DNA of 64,000 bases from Calcarisporiella thermophila CBS 279.70 (taxonomy: Eukaryota; Fungi; Calcarisporiellomycota): the NCBI RefSeq assembly GCF_041956535.1, contig NW_027192212.1:65153-129152 (forward strand), in the 5' to 3' direction. Positions 1-12,587 of the stretch are shown piece by piece. The notes beneath the pieces are model-generated. The model saw nothing but the letters and a program-made list of their open reading frames with translations. It searched no databases and was not told where the DNA came from. The translations under genes were made by a program, and so were the position numbers. Each line of letters begins with the position of its first letter. Position 1 is the first letter of the stretch.

Positions 1-1200
1 GATAGACCATATGTTGTATGCATTGGAATAGGTGATTCGTTTGTTTTTTTTTTACTGTATCTCACGATAGCATGATGTATTTACTTGACACTAATATATC
101 ACGGTATATCATTGTTGACTCGCATTAACAATTTATCCTTCAAATAAAGCGACCATTATTGAACTATAGCATTAAAATTCATGAGCATATATAACTTCAC
201 ATTCTAGCAAGTTAGTTCCCAAGAATTAGGACAAAACATAAACCCGAATAGGTCATTTAAGTTTGATCGCTTGACATGCTTGAAGGGGATAGTCTTTCTT
301 ATCACCCGTCCTACATATTATTCTATATACACTAAATATGATATTATTGACCCATCTTTATCATTTAATTATCCTCTATTGTTTTCTATCACAATTATTC
401 TTGACCTCCTACTCTTGGGTAAGCCAACAGACCTGACATTCTACTTCAAGCCCAGAAATCCATTGAAATACCAATTATCGCTATATCTTCCTATTTTAAC
501 AACATCGACGTTCAAAAACGTGCGGCCTATTCTAGTTTGACAAGCAAAAAAGGGTTAAATTTTTGCTCGTCAGAGATCGAGATTTCCTAGAAGCACCTCT
601 AAAAATTTATTCTAATATTACTGCTTGTCAAAATATGATGTAAATGCTAAGGATAAATTATTAAATGAACCATAAATGGAACTCTATATTGCCCATGCAT
701 ACTTTTACCCCTCAACTAATAACGACATTCAAAGTTCTACAGTATATTAAAGGCGAATGAGAGGAGTTGATAGTGAACTATTTCAGCTTTTAGTATGAGA
801 GCATTTGACAAGCGAAACTGAGGAGGGTAGACGATTATTCATAGCAATGCAAATTTACAAACGCTCAATTTCATTATCTACATTTAAGGCATTAGTTCAT
901 GCTATACTCAATTAGTAATATGGATGATATCAATTTTGAGTTGATGACGAATGTTCCGAAATGGGGCTTCGATTTGAGAAGCTCCGGGGAAAAGGCGTGT
1001 CATTACTTTGAATTAAGCATTTAATAATGAAATACGATTTTCGAGTCACTATGCTGACAAATAATCCAGCTCATGGTAGCCATGGATTTTAATATATATA
1101 TATATCGACAGTCGAGGTGGAGAATGACCAGAAATTACCCAAGGTTTAATTTCATTGACAAAGTACAATATATACGAATACGAAGTATACGAAGCACGTC

Positions 1201-1987
1201 ATGGCCTCTCCAAATTTGACTCTCTACACAGCTGCTACCCCTAATGGACACAAAGTATCCATCACTCTAGAGGAACTCGATTTACCATACAACGTGAAAT
1301 CAATCTCCTTTGCTCAAAATGAACAAAAGTCGGATTGGTTTACCAAGATAAATCCAAATGGGCGCATTCCTGCATTGACCGATCACTCTCGGGGCGATTT
1401 CAATGTTTTCGAATCGGGTGCTATTATGGTATATCTAAGCGAGCACTATGATCCCGCTGGTAAACTCTACCCAAAAGATCCCGATGCCCGCTCGGAGGTC
1501 TTGCAATGGCTTATGTTCCAAATGGGAGGAGTGGGTCCAATGCAAGGTCAAGCTAACCACTTTCATAGGTATGCCCCTGAGAAGATTGAGTATGGAGTAA
1601 AGCGATACCAAAATGAGACTAGGCGATTATACGAGGTGATCGAGAAACACCTCTCACAAGGAAGGGAATGGCTTGCTGGCGAACAGTATTCTTTGGCTGA
1701 CATTGCGAATTTCTCATGGTAAACCCTTTTTTTTTCTATATGTATGTTATGAAATTAATGCGAGTCATTTATAAAGGATCCGTGGCCACACTTGGGCCGG
1801 CGTTTCGATTGACGGCCTTCCTAACCTTAAAGCCTGGCTTGACCGCATCGAATCTCGCCCAGCAGTGCAGCGTGGATTGGATGTTCCAGAGAAAGACAAA
1901 ATCAAGGAGTTAACAAGCAACCCCGAGCTGGCGAAAAAGGCCGAAGAGGCTTCGAAGGCTTGGATATTAAAAGACCTACAAAAATGA
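1201..1987 (+). CDS. Glutathione S-transferase, Ure2p/YfcG-like (2 exons; intron ~1719-1777)
   Basis: Contains TPNG, NPNGRIP and FESGAI motifs. A GT..AG intron joins ...IANFSW to [34 protein letters not shown]...LQK*. Confidence 0.93.
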
Positions 1988-3729
1988 TTTGCTGTCTCCG
2001 TTGGAGTGAAACATCTTTGGCATTGAGAGTCCTCGATGCAATCTACGCTCTATAGTCTTGCAACGTTTTATTATACTATTCTTGCTATGATTGATATCTT
2101 GTTCCTCTTTAGTACAATTGAATCTTTACTTTCTTGTTGTACTTCATTAAATCATTGTGATATTTTTCATGGGTGAATATATACAGTGGATACTTACATT
2201 CAAAACTTTTATATTATGGGATGGGAAGTATTTAAGATAAACTAGCAATCATTTTCCAATTATATCTCACAAAATTAGTGGGACTCCAAAAAGCTTCAAT
2301 TGTTTTCTTCGTTAGTGTACTCATACCATTAGTAGTGAATATCTTTTCCTACTTCCAAGCTTGTACAATTCAAGATGTTTTAGACTTTATATCTAGATAT
2401 CCTCTACCCATCATAATATATGAAAGGCAGGGTTAGCACGCTTATGGTGAATCAATCCTATTTTTGTATGAAAATATTAAATGGGATGGTTACGATGGAT
2501 GTACAGTTAAAAACGCAAATGATGGGCTGATATTTTAAGGAAGTTAGTCGTGAGAAATAGGAGGAATGCACAGGAGGTATATGAGCAAATATTATTACAA
2601 TCAGAAATAAACCACAAATAAAATTTATTACTTAACATGTTAAGAGCTGTGAGAGAAAAGGACAACTTTTGTGCGTCGCTGAGCCTAGTATCAATTCAAA
2701 TCATTCGGAGCGGCATGAACTGGAGGTTGCACAGTATTGCTTGGATTTGCTTTGTTTATTTTCATATGGTAAAGAGTTTTTATACGATGACACCCTAAAT
2801 ACTCTACTAGTTGTGTGCATCCTTTCACATAAGATTTTACTTCGACGGGGTACAAAATAATTCTAGAAATCATGCATGATTTATTAACCTGAAGATAAAA
2901 TCATTACATTGAAAAACCCTAACAAATTTATCCTCATTATCCAATAAGGGACATTACAGATTGGCAGGAGGTTAAAAGACATGGTAAATTCATGGCAACA
3001 ATTTAAAGTAAGAAGAAAAACTAACCAAAAAAATACATACTATTGCCCTTGTATAGTGCAACCACCATATAAACACTATGTATACATCGCTAGTAGGACG
3101 AATATTTGGAATTTGGATGATGAGGGTACATGGTCACTATAACCTCTACAAGAGAGCAAAGCTGGAGGTTTAATATGTTTAACCGCGCTTGTAATAGAAA
3201 TATAAATACGATTGAACTAGTCATTATCGACCCAAATCTTATTTAAATTTTGAGATCAATTTAGTAAAATATTATGATTGGAATATAACGGCAAGCTCGT
3301 CCGATAATATATATACATTTTTGAATTGCAAATATAAAATTGACATGATTTTTGATTTTATTTACTCATCATATATAGACAAAGTACTCGCTTGGTCAGA
3401 CTAGAATCTTTGTTACACAAATCGCGTATACTTTAAAAAAATTTAACAACAGATAATGACACAATGTGCTGTTGTATAAGCAATAATACCTCTAAGGGGT
3501 TGCAAACTACAAAAGTATAAAGTATAAGATAAGAATTTGGTATCCGACAGCAAAAAAAAAAATTGGTGCAGCGGAATCTCAACAACATTATTTAATTACC
3601 TATAAATAATACGACTAGTTGTGGTAAGTATTTGTTTACATACAACCGTGATAAATCCCATTCAGAGAATCCGCCGAATCTCAACACTATTCCCCTTCCC
3701 CCTGTTCATCATTAATTCTTGTATCATAT

Positions 3730-5925
3730 ATGAATTTATCACTTTTTACCCTAATTCTCTTGCTATGTTTGCCTCCTATCAGCGCTTTAGACTACATACA
3801 TTTCGAAGGATTTGGATCCACTCCCCCTAATAATACTTATGTAACATCACCACAAAGGACTCTGAGAAAACGGTTTCTTCCTCGTCGACATCAATTGAAA
3901 ATTGCGCTTGAATTTGCTAAAACTCAGGCCGGCGGTTCCGAGTTCGTAGTGAAGAATGCCTACCGTTCTAATCATATAGGCGTCACTCATGTATATCTAC
4001 GCCAGTGGGTCAATGGATCTGAGGTTGTCAATGCAGATATGAATATTAATGTTGATAAGAGGGGGACGGTGGTATCATATGGGAACTCATTCCATTTAGG
4101 AACCAAAAAGAATCAAACATTTAAGGTAAGCTTAATATTCAACTCATTGGGATGGAATCAGCATCAGCTATGTGGAATTCTAATTACAATCATGCACTCC
4201 AAATATGTAGATGGTTAGAAGAGACAAGAAATACGCACAGCGAAATAAACTATTGACACCGGAGAAAGCTCTCGTGTCGCTCTACAATCATTTAGGCCTA
4301 AATGTCAAACTCAGCGACATCAAAAGGAACGCAGTCGATTCAATTGAGAGGGAGAGTTTTCAAGTACTTCTGACAGCACCCTTCTCAGTAGCTCCCATTC
4401 CTGCGCGCCTATGTCTGATTCAAACAAGCAGTGGTTTGAAGCGGGTATGGGAAATTGCTCCAAAGATGGAAGCCAACTGGATACAGGCCTATATTGATGC
4501 TGAGAATGGCAGTTTGAAAGCAATTGGTGACTGGGTAGCAGGAGCTAGCTACAATGTCTTTCCGCTTGGAGTGAACGATCCTGAATCAGGGGAGCGCGAG
4601 TTGGTCGAGGATCCATATGATAAGATTGCTTCACCATTGGGTTGGCACGAGATAAACCAAACCTACTATACGACCACGCTTGGTAATAACGTATATGCCC
4701 AAGAGAATCATAACGCTAGCGGAAAAGCGCTACGTAAATTTAGGCCAGATGGCGGAGCTAAACTAGTGTTCGATTTTGACCTAAACCTTAAGAAAGACCC
4801 TATTAAGTCACTGAATGCTTCTATAACCAACGTGTTCTATTGGAATAACCTTGCAAGTTTTATTATAGCATTATTTCTTTTTGTGAGATGTAATTTAGTT
4901 CTAACTTATACTTTTGATAGTTGCATGATTTATTTTATCGGTATGGGTTTAATGAAGTGGCGGGCAATTTCCAACAGTACAATCGTGGCCTGGGCGGACG
5001 TGAAGGCGATGCAGTAATTGCCCACGTACAATATGGGAAGAACTTCAATCGATATAGAAACAATGCCTTTTTCTGGACACCACCAGATGGCTATCATAGT
5101 TATATGAAATTGTATATTTATAATTATACGAAACCACGTCGTGATTCAGCGTTAAGCAATGATATAATCGTTCATGAGTACACGCACGGACTTAGCACAA
5201 GGTTAACGGGCGGACCAGCAAACTCAAATTGTCTTCAATATAGCGAGGCGAGAGGGATGGGGGAAGGTTGGGGAGATTTCATCGCTACAATCTTGCAGAT
5301 GCGGTCTAATCACACGCGTGCCCATAATGTTGCACATGCCGCGTATACAAGAGGAAATAAAAGAGGGAATCGCAAATACCTGGTAGGGCCTTTAGCTCTG
5401 AAAAAGGGCATATTTAGTTAGGCTGACGTTTTTGCCTTAATATTCTAATAGTATTCTACTAATATGGAAAAAAACCCACTGGTCTATGCCACCCTTAACA
5501 AGTATCGAAAAGAACATGCGATGGGCAATGTGTGGGCCACCATTCTCTATGAGGTGTATTGGAATTTAGTTGATAAGCTGTCCTTCACACCTGATTGGTT
5601 CCCACCCACATCTAGCAGCGCAGCTGCAAAAGAGCACATTGTTCGCCATGGCAACACACTCGCATTGCAGCTTGTCATAGATGGGATGAAACTGCAACCT
5701 TGTCGACCAACCTTCGTGGATGCGCGAGAGGCTATTCTTCTAGCAGATCGATTACTGACAAATGGAGCCCATCAATGCGAGATATGGAAAGGGTTCGCAA
5801 AGAGAGGGCTGGGTGTCGGTGCCAAGTTTGAGCGCGATGACAAAGATTGGGTGGTGAATCGGGTCCAAGATTTTGAAATACCAAAAAATATTTGTGAAAA
5901 GAGCTCACAGATGCTGCGCTTGTGA
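3730..5925 (+). CDS. Secreted fungalysin (M36 metalloprotease), 4 exons; introns 4126-4210, 4853-4920 (GC-AG), 5383-5451
   Basis: Signal peptide and FTP propeptide (GVTHVYLRQ..NG.EVVNAD). Also HDLFYRYGFNEVAGNFQ, zinc motif HEYTH, EGWGD and MKLQPCRPTF. Frames join across the introns. Confidence 0.93.
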
Positions 5926-6102
5926 ATAGAAATTTCACTATTATATCCTCAGCTTGTTTTCGTCATTGTTGGCAGACGTACATTAACACAACGTATACTA
6001 TTTTTAATAAGATTTCGAGATTATTTGGCTTATTTCGGATATACATATAATAATTAATAGTTAATAGAATTCAAGAAATTATCCCAATCTACTCCATCGT
6101 TT

Positions 6103-6877
6103 AATAATACATGTATGGTAAACAGAAATTCCACTTCATTCCTGTGCATACAACTTCGATCATTCTTTTATCCTACACAGATACAAGAACGGTTAGCATT
6201 GCTTCCATCAACGAAACTGATCCAGTCAGCACAGACACCGTAGTCTTCCCTACTACAGCACTCTGTTGGAAAAATGTCGATAATGCTTTCACTTGGGGTG
6301 TTGGCTCTACCGAGAGACCGAAATGGGGCACCATTGCCTGACTAATTATCGGGGCTCCTACGCTCTTATCCAATAGAACTCGCACCGATTGGCCGCATAC
6401 ATGCGTTGGTACAGTGAATGACTTCGGCCCAGGTGTTATGCTTACTACAGATGTTAGCCACAAATTTCTTTGGACAATTCCGCAATTTAATGATTTTAAT
6501 TACCACAATGATAGCACCTTCTCAGTTCCTCATTGACTTTCGCCTCCTCTTCTCTCTTCTCGTCTTTATCATTCTTGGCATTTTTGGCCTGGCGATGTGA
6601 CCGTCCCTTTCGACTAGAATTGCCTTCCTTTGATGGCAGTTTGGGGTTCATCTCAGACGCGGTAACATGCTTTACCATTACCTTTGAAGCCTTCTCCTCG
6701 AAGGTACGGTAACTAGCTTCTGCCTTGCGTACCTCGGCTATTGCAGTTTCAAGCGTATCAAAATTACCCTAGGCTATATGCTTCGCTAGCGACTCTCGAA
6801 CAGCTGAATTCAGGATATCGATGTTACCTTCTTCCTCGAAGATAACATTGTGTTTGAGCAAGTGCTTCACAAGTGGA
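6103..6877 (-). mobile_element. Inverted, internally deleted Gypsy fragment (gag C-terminus, zinc knuckle, protease, short RT piece)
   Basis: Minus-strand ORFs 6173-6463 and 6496-6678 are near-copies of plus-strand 6878-7462. The segment 6110-6165 matches RT sequence at ~8179-8235. Confidence 0.88.
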
Positions 6878-9800
6878 GCGCATTCAACCGTAATTGCCGA
6901 GATACGCAAGGCAGAAGCTAGTTACCGTACCTTCGAGGAAAAGGCTTCAAAGGCAACGATCAAGCGTGCTATCGCGTCAGAGGCGAGTCCTAAACAGTCG
7001 TCGAAAGAAGGCAATTCTAGACGAAAGGGACGTTCGCATCGCCAGGTCAAAAATGCTAAGAATGATAAAGACGAGAAGACAGAAGAGAAAGCGAAGGACA
7101 CTAAGGAACCGGGAAGGTATTACCTATGTGGGGATCCTAATCATTTATTGCGAAGCTGTCCAAAGAAGTTTGTGGCGACCTCAGCAATAAATATAACACA
7201 TGGGCCGAGGACATTCACTGTCCCAGCGCATGTATGCGGTCAATCGGTACGAGTTCTATTGGATAAGAGCGTAGGAGCCCCGATAATTAGTCAGGCAATG
7301 GTGTCCCGCTTCGGTCTCTCGGTAGAACCAACACCACAAGTAAAGGCATTGTCGACACTTTTCTAACAGAGCGCTGTAGTAGGGAAGACTACGGTGTCTG
7401 TGCAGACTGGATCAGTTTCGTTGATGGAAGTAAGGTTAGTGGTTCCTGTATCTGTGTATGATATTATCATTGATTTTTCAACGCTAGGGAGACATGACTT
7501 TTACATAGGATGCGAAGATGGCGTCCTATACCCCAATGGAAATGAAGTCGTGAGGATGGTTAAATGCGAAGAACCCGTTGTGTCCCTTCACGCATCAGAG
7601 AGAATGAAGGAATTTACGGAAAATATCGGAGATGCAAAGCATGGATGCGATTTTGGAGATGTATGCGACCAGAGAGAGACTCTGCTCAGCGGGTTCCCTC
7701 AAGTTCTCGCGGAAAATCCAAGGAAACCGGAGCGTACAGATGTCGGTCATCATGGTATTGATAGGAGAATTGCGAAGCCTATCAATCTTCTTCCGCGTCG
7801 ATTGCCACCTACTTTCCGAGACTCATCGATTGTGGAGCTGAAACAAATGATCGACAATGAGATAGTACGTCCTTCTAAAAGTCCGTGGGCAGCGCCATTA
7901 AACCCTGTGAGGAAGAGAGATGGGGCTATTAGAATGACTGTTGACTATCCTGTATGAAGGTGACGAAAAAGGATAAATGCCCTTTGCCAAATCTGCAGGA
8001 TTATTTTCACATCTGAGAGGCGCTAGAGTGTTTTCGACCATTGATTTAGCATCGGGGTTTTGGCAGATTGAACTCGAGGAAGCAGATCGGAAGAAAACAA
8101 CATTTGCTTCCCCGTTGAGCCTTATTGAGATTAACGTTATGCCATTTGGATTGACGAACGCTCCAGCCACCTTTCAACGAATGATCGACGTCGTATGCGC
8201 AGGAATGAAATGGAGTTTCTGCTTACCATACATGGATGATCTGTTGGTGTTCTCTGCAACATTGGAGGAGAATTTCGAACATCTGAGGAGAGTGTTTGAA
8301 GCTCTTGTCAATGCCGGCCTCAAGCTTAAGAAGAGCAAGTGCAAGTTCTTCGGAAAAGAAGTTTAATACTTGGGTCATATTATCGGAGAGCATGGCATAA
8401 AGACAGACCCTGAGAAGACACAGGCAATTGCGGAATTTCCTGAGCCGAAAAGTCTAGCGGAGAGCCAAACCTTTGAGTGATTTAACGCAGAAGAATATTG
8501 TTTTCAAGTTTGGAGAACGACACAGAGATGCGTTCAAAGATATTCGTGATGCTCTGGTGGGAGCTCCAATTTTACAACATCCCGATTTCAGTCGTCCGTT
8601 TTATGTCCAAACCGACGCAAGTAACACTGGTTTGGGAGCTGTATTGGCACAACGCGACGATCGAGGTAAAGAACATATGATTGCTTGCCTTAGTAGTAAT
8701 CTGCGACCAGCGGAACACAGTTACACTGCTACGAAAAAGGAAGCACTTGCATTGTGTTGGGTGCTTGAAAAGTTTAAACCGTTCATCTATGGGTATGAGG
8801 TAATCGTACAAACCGGTCACAGTGCACTCAGGCAGATTTTGGATACTGTGGAACCGGTGGGACGCCTTGCATGATGGATCCTATTATTGCAAGAATATAG
8901 ACCGAGGATCGAGCATCGGAAGGGAACAGCTAATCCAAATGCAGATGCGCTATCTCGTGCACATGTATATCGAGGAGATCCAAATGAAGTAGGCGACCTG
9001 GAGGTTTCACCCTGGATGTGGGGAGCGAGCCTAGTCGAGGTAGAAGGGCAACAGGTTCCGACTCTAACGGGAAGTGAGATTGGCAGGATAAAGCAGTTGC
9101 AGCGCGAGGATGCTGCTATAAAGGAGATCATAGAAGTTCTAGAGAGTGGACTGACCCCTTCAGCGGCTACCACCAAATCGCTTTTAGCACGGGCAGAGCA
9201 TGCTCGCCACTATGAACTCCAGGATGGAATACTCATCGGAGGTGGGTTTCTAAATTCGGAGAGGAACCATCTCTGCGGATAGTGATTCCGGTGGGACTCA
9301 GAGATGTGGTCCTCAAATCACTACATGACGATCAGACTGGCGACCGTTTGGGAGTCGAGAAGATTTTGGGAAATTGGAGAGTCGATTCTATTGACCAAAA
9401 ATGCGACGTGATATGAGGCGATATGTAGAGGGTTGCGAGCTATGCCAAAAGTATCGTATTGGGAATGCTACGGCCTCAGGTCAGGTTATTCCAGTGCGTG
9501 TTCCCGACACAGCAGAGAGTCTCGATGGATATTCTAGGGCTATTTCCAACTACAGAGCTAAGTAACCGTTTTGTGTTGGTAATGACGGAACATGTCACGA
9601 GGTAGGTCGAGGCAGTTCCGTTGAGGGATATCACGGCAGGGTTGGTGGCTAGATGCCTCAGTGAGACTTGGATATGTCGTTTCGGTATACCACATGAAGT
9701 GTTGACAGGCCAAGGACCTCAATTCGCTCGTGAGCTTTTCGAGGAAGTATGTGCGCTCCTGGGAATTAAGCACGTATTGGCTACACCTTACCGCTCTCAG

Positions 9801-10658
9801 ATGAATGGAATGACGGAGAGATTTAATAGAACTCTTGCGCAGAAGTTGGCCCTATACTTAAGCGAGGATCAGCGCGATTAGGACTCCCACCTACCATTTG
9901 TTTTGTTTGCATATTGTACATCCAAGCATGCAATTATGAAGTTTTCACCGTATTGGTTGATGTTTGGGCGAGAGACACGTCTTCCAGTTAACACAACAAC
10001 CCGAGCATCCGGTTCCAGTGGAAATGCAGACCATGACTCGGGCATATATTTGGACATGTTGGAGAATGCTCTATTTCGTGCACACGAGGCAGCCTTAAGT
10101 AACAATGATCGAGACCATGAACGCGTGAGACGCAGAGATGAAGACAAGGAGATAGTCTGTAACACGACCGAATTTACACTATAATATTAATTAAAATACT
10201 TTCTTATATACATTATTTACTTATTTAATTACTTTTCCTTTTATATACTTATTGACCACAAATTCACTATTGGTGTATTAATGTTCCACTTAGATACTCC
10301 CGAGATTCTATTTAAATTCACTCCTTTTTGTTTATTGTCCCTCACCTCTTTCCTGAATTCTATTCTTTAAGAATAAGGATATCTAACAGTCCTCAAAAAC
10401 TGTTACAAAGTCAAAGTCTTTAATGAGGGAGAATTGGTCTGGGTTCGCAATGAAGTTTAGGTTTCTGAGACTGCAGAGAAGTTTTCAGCCCGGTTCAAGG
10501 GTCCTTATCAGATAGTGCAGAAAGTGGGACCAAAGACCTATGGGGCCAAGAAGTCAAGAACTGTCACGGTAAATAGATTGCGCGCGTATGTTTCGAGGGA
10601 TGCTACACATAGTCAAATTTGTTTGCGCTCGGGACGTTTGCACTTGGTGTTGGGATTA
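6878..10658 (+). mobile_element. Degenerate Ty3/Gypsy LTR retrotransposon (gag knuckle-PR-RT-RNase H-integrase-GPY/F)
   Basis: Motifs CGDPNH..C, PSKSPWAAP, DLASGFWQI, MPFGLTNAPATFQ, YMDD, QTDASNTGLGAVL, NADALSR, NGMTERFNRTL and KGPYQI. Domain order RT-RH-IN is Gypsy-type. Many stops and frameshifts. Confidence 0.95.
10158..10407. mobile_element. 250-bp solo LTR-like insertion inside the Gypsy integrase
   Basis: Termini TGTAACA...TGTTACA with a near-perfect 5-bp target-site duplication (TSD) TAGTC/AAGTC. Removal restores the integrase frame. Confidence 0.85.
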
Positions 10659-10880
10659 TGTTACATTTGTGACAACTTGCTGACCTTACTATTCTATGGG
10701 TATATATTTTGGACGTTTTGCATTTTGGAAGAATAAGCGGAGTTATTACCTTTCTCTCCAATTTCAACTATCAAATAACACTAATTGTTAAGGATAGTTT
10801 GAGAATGGTTAGGTTAAATAAAGCAAGCGGAGTTTTCTCTTACTCTCCTATCTCAAACTATCCATAACACAAATGTAAGA
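10659..10880 (+). repeat. Probable start of the Gypsy 3' LTR, with a ~90-bp degenerate direct repeat
   Basis: TGTTACA follows a G-rich tract after the integrase. AAGCGGAGTT...AACTATC.ATAACAC occurs at ~10735-10781 and ~10825-10870. The right end is not defined. Confidence 0.4.
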
Positions 10881-11965
10881 AAAATTAAGCCCCAAAAAAA
10901 TTTTTATGGGCGCAGGAGGTAACCCTTCGAAAGAAAATCATGCTAACCAGGCTTAAACTAATTGGCTATCAGAAAGTGAGGCTTAGAATGTACATAATAA
11001 TAAGCCACTAAGCATCGACTCCAATTTAAGAGGCTAATTCAATAGGAATATACTAGGTAATTTTTATTTTTTAAGCTAAAATATATAACCCCTGAAACAC
11101 AACCAAAACTTTGTTAAGTTTACAGTATGTTATCAATGAAAAGAATACCATAGTGTCACATAAAATGAAATGCGACCTTTTAGGATATGGTCTATTATTG
11201 CTGCAGATGATACAGCATATATTCGCTTTAATAGAAGTTTTGTGTGCCATGACATGAGGAGCCAAAGAAGTATAAAAAGGAATACTTTGATATAGTAATA
11301 AAAAAACATTTTAGGTTATTTTCTATTTGTACTTATAGCAATCAACAATTAGTTCATTCTCTGAAATCTATGTTATACTTTCACAAAATCCTTCTAAGAA
11401 CTTGAGTATATAAAATTCAAATTGAATGTTCGCTATTTAAATATCGTACGCCACATTCTGTAGCAGTGTAACAATAATGTTGTGAAGCTTTCTAAATTCT
11501 GAAAATTTAATCTCAAATACTTGTATAGCGAAGTGGTCGTGATTATTAATTGCTTATTTAAATATGAAGACCGAGAAAGTGCTACCCGCTGCTATATAGC
11601 TTAAAATAAGCTTACGTTATTACGTGATTTCATTTTGTAGCGGTAAACTTTTTTAAGATAAATAAACTTGAGGATGATTCATATACAACAGCCAATTTCG
11701 TTTGAAGTATATAACTGAATGTCCGACTTTATTCAAATCCATCTATTACTTATACAAAACCTGTCAGATACCACTTCGAATATAACTCTCATTTCTTTTC
11801 ACCTCTTGCTACTCCTCAATACTAAAGAGTAGGTGCCATTTGCTGGTTTTTGAACCAGAACTCGCTATCTCAAGCACCAAGTCGTTTTTATTTGATTCCA
11901 AATTATACTAACATATTCTTTTATCATTTTTCATTTGGGCCTAGTTTTTTTTTTTGGCGCTCAAT

Positions 11966-12274
11966 ATGTTGAAATCTACAATTTTGCTCTGCGTCGCAAC
12001 CTTATTTAGTGTAGCTGTCTGCGACCCATGCGTTCTTCGATTAGATTTTCCATTTGAAAAACAGATATGTGAGCACAGCTCCATAGTTGGCGAAAAAAAT
12101 TGTTTTGGCGTGCTCAAGAACTGCTTAGGATATGATTTCTATTCATTCCAAAGACATGACTGGAACTCAACCAACGAATATGACTATCGTGCGCTGGTAG
12201 GACTTGGTGACTCGGCAACTTATAAATGTCTGACCAGAGTTGGATTTAAGTGCAAGGAAGACAGACCTGAGTAG
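11966..12274 (+). CDS. Small secreted cysteine-rich protein (102 aa), unknown family; probable 5'-UTR intron 11829-11944
   Basis: Hydrophobic signal peptide MLKSTILLCVATLFSVAVC and 6 Cys in the mature part. A GTAGGT..CTAAC..TAG intron lies upstream and AATAAA downstream. Confidence 0.7.
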   Translation: MLKSTILLCVATLFSVAVCDPCVLRLDFPFEKQICEHSSIVGEKNCFGVLKNCLGYDFYSFQRHDWNSTNEYDYRALVGLGDSATYKCLTRVGFKCKEDRPE

Positions 12275-12425
12275 AAATGAATAAGATTGAATCATGCCGG
12301 ATTATTTATTAATACTATTCCATTATTCTCAATAAAGATATTTATATTAATATTATTTGATGTTAATTCACAAGGCATCATTGCGTTCGTTAATGATATC
12401 TAGGATACAGTAAATAGTCTATTAT

Positions 12426-12567
12426 TGTTGGATTTTTAAAAAGATTATATTGACAAAAAGGAAAGAAAAACAGACAGAAGGGATAACACGAATAACACAC
12501 ACCAAAGGAATTCAAAAGGGAGAAAGCACATCCTATATATATGATAGAATAGGAGATGATGACTAAA
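12426..12567. mobile_element. Copia-type LTR fragment (truncated by gap), same family as 22542-22813
   Basis: Begins TGTTG and aligns over ~115 bp with 22542 onward. Confidence 0.75.
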
Positions 12568-12587
12568 NNNNNNNNNNNNNNNNNNNN
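12568..12587. other. Assembly gap (20 N)
   Basis: N run. Confidence 1.

Noticed and set aside
271-540. 89-aa hydrophobic ORF
   Set aside because: TTG start, AT-rich low-complexity sequence and no supporting signals.
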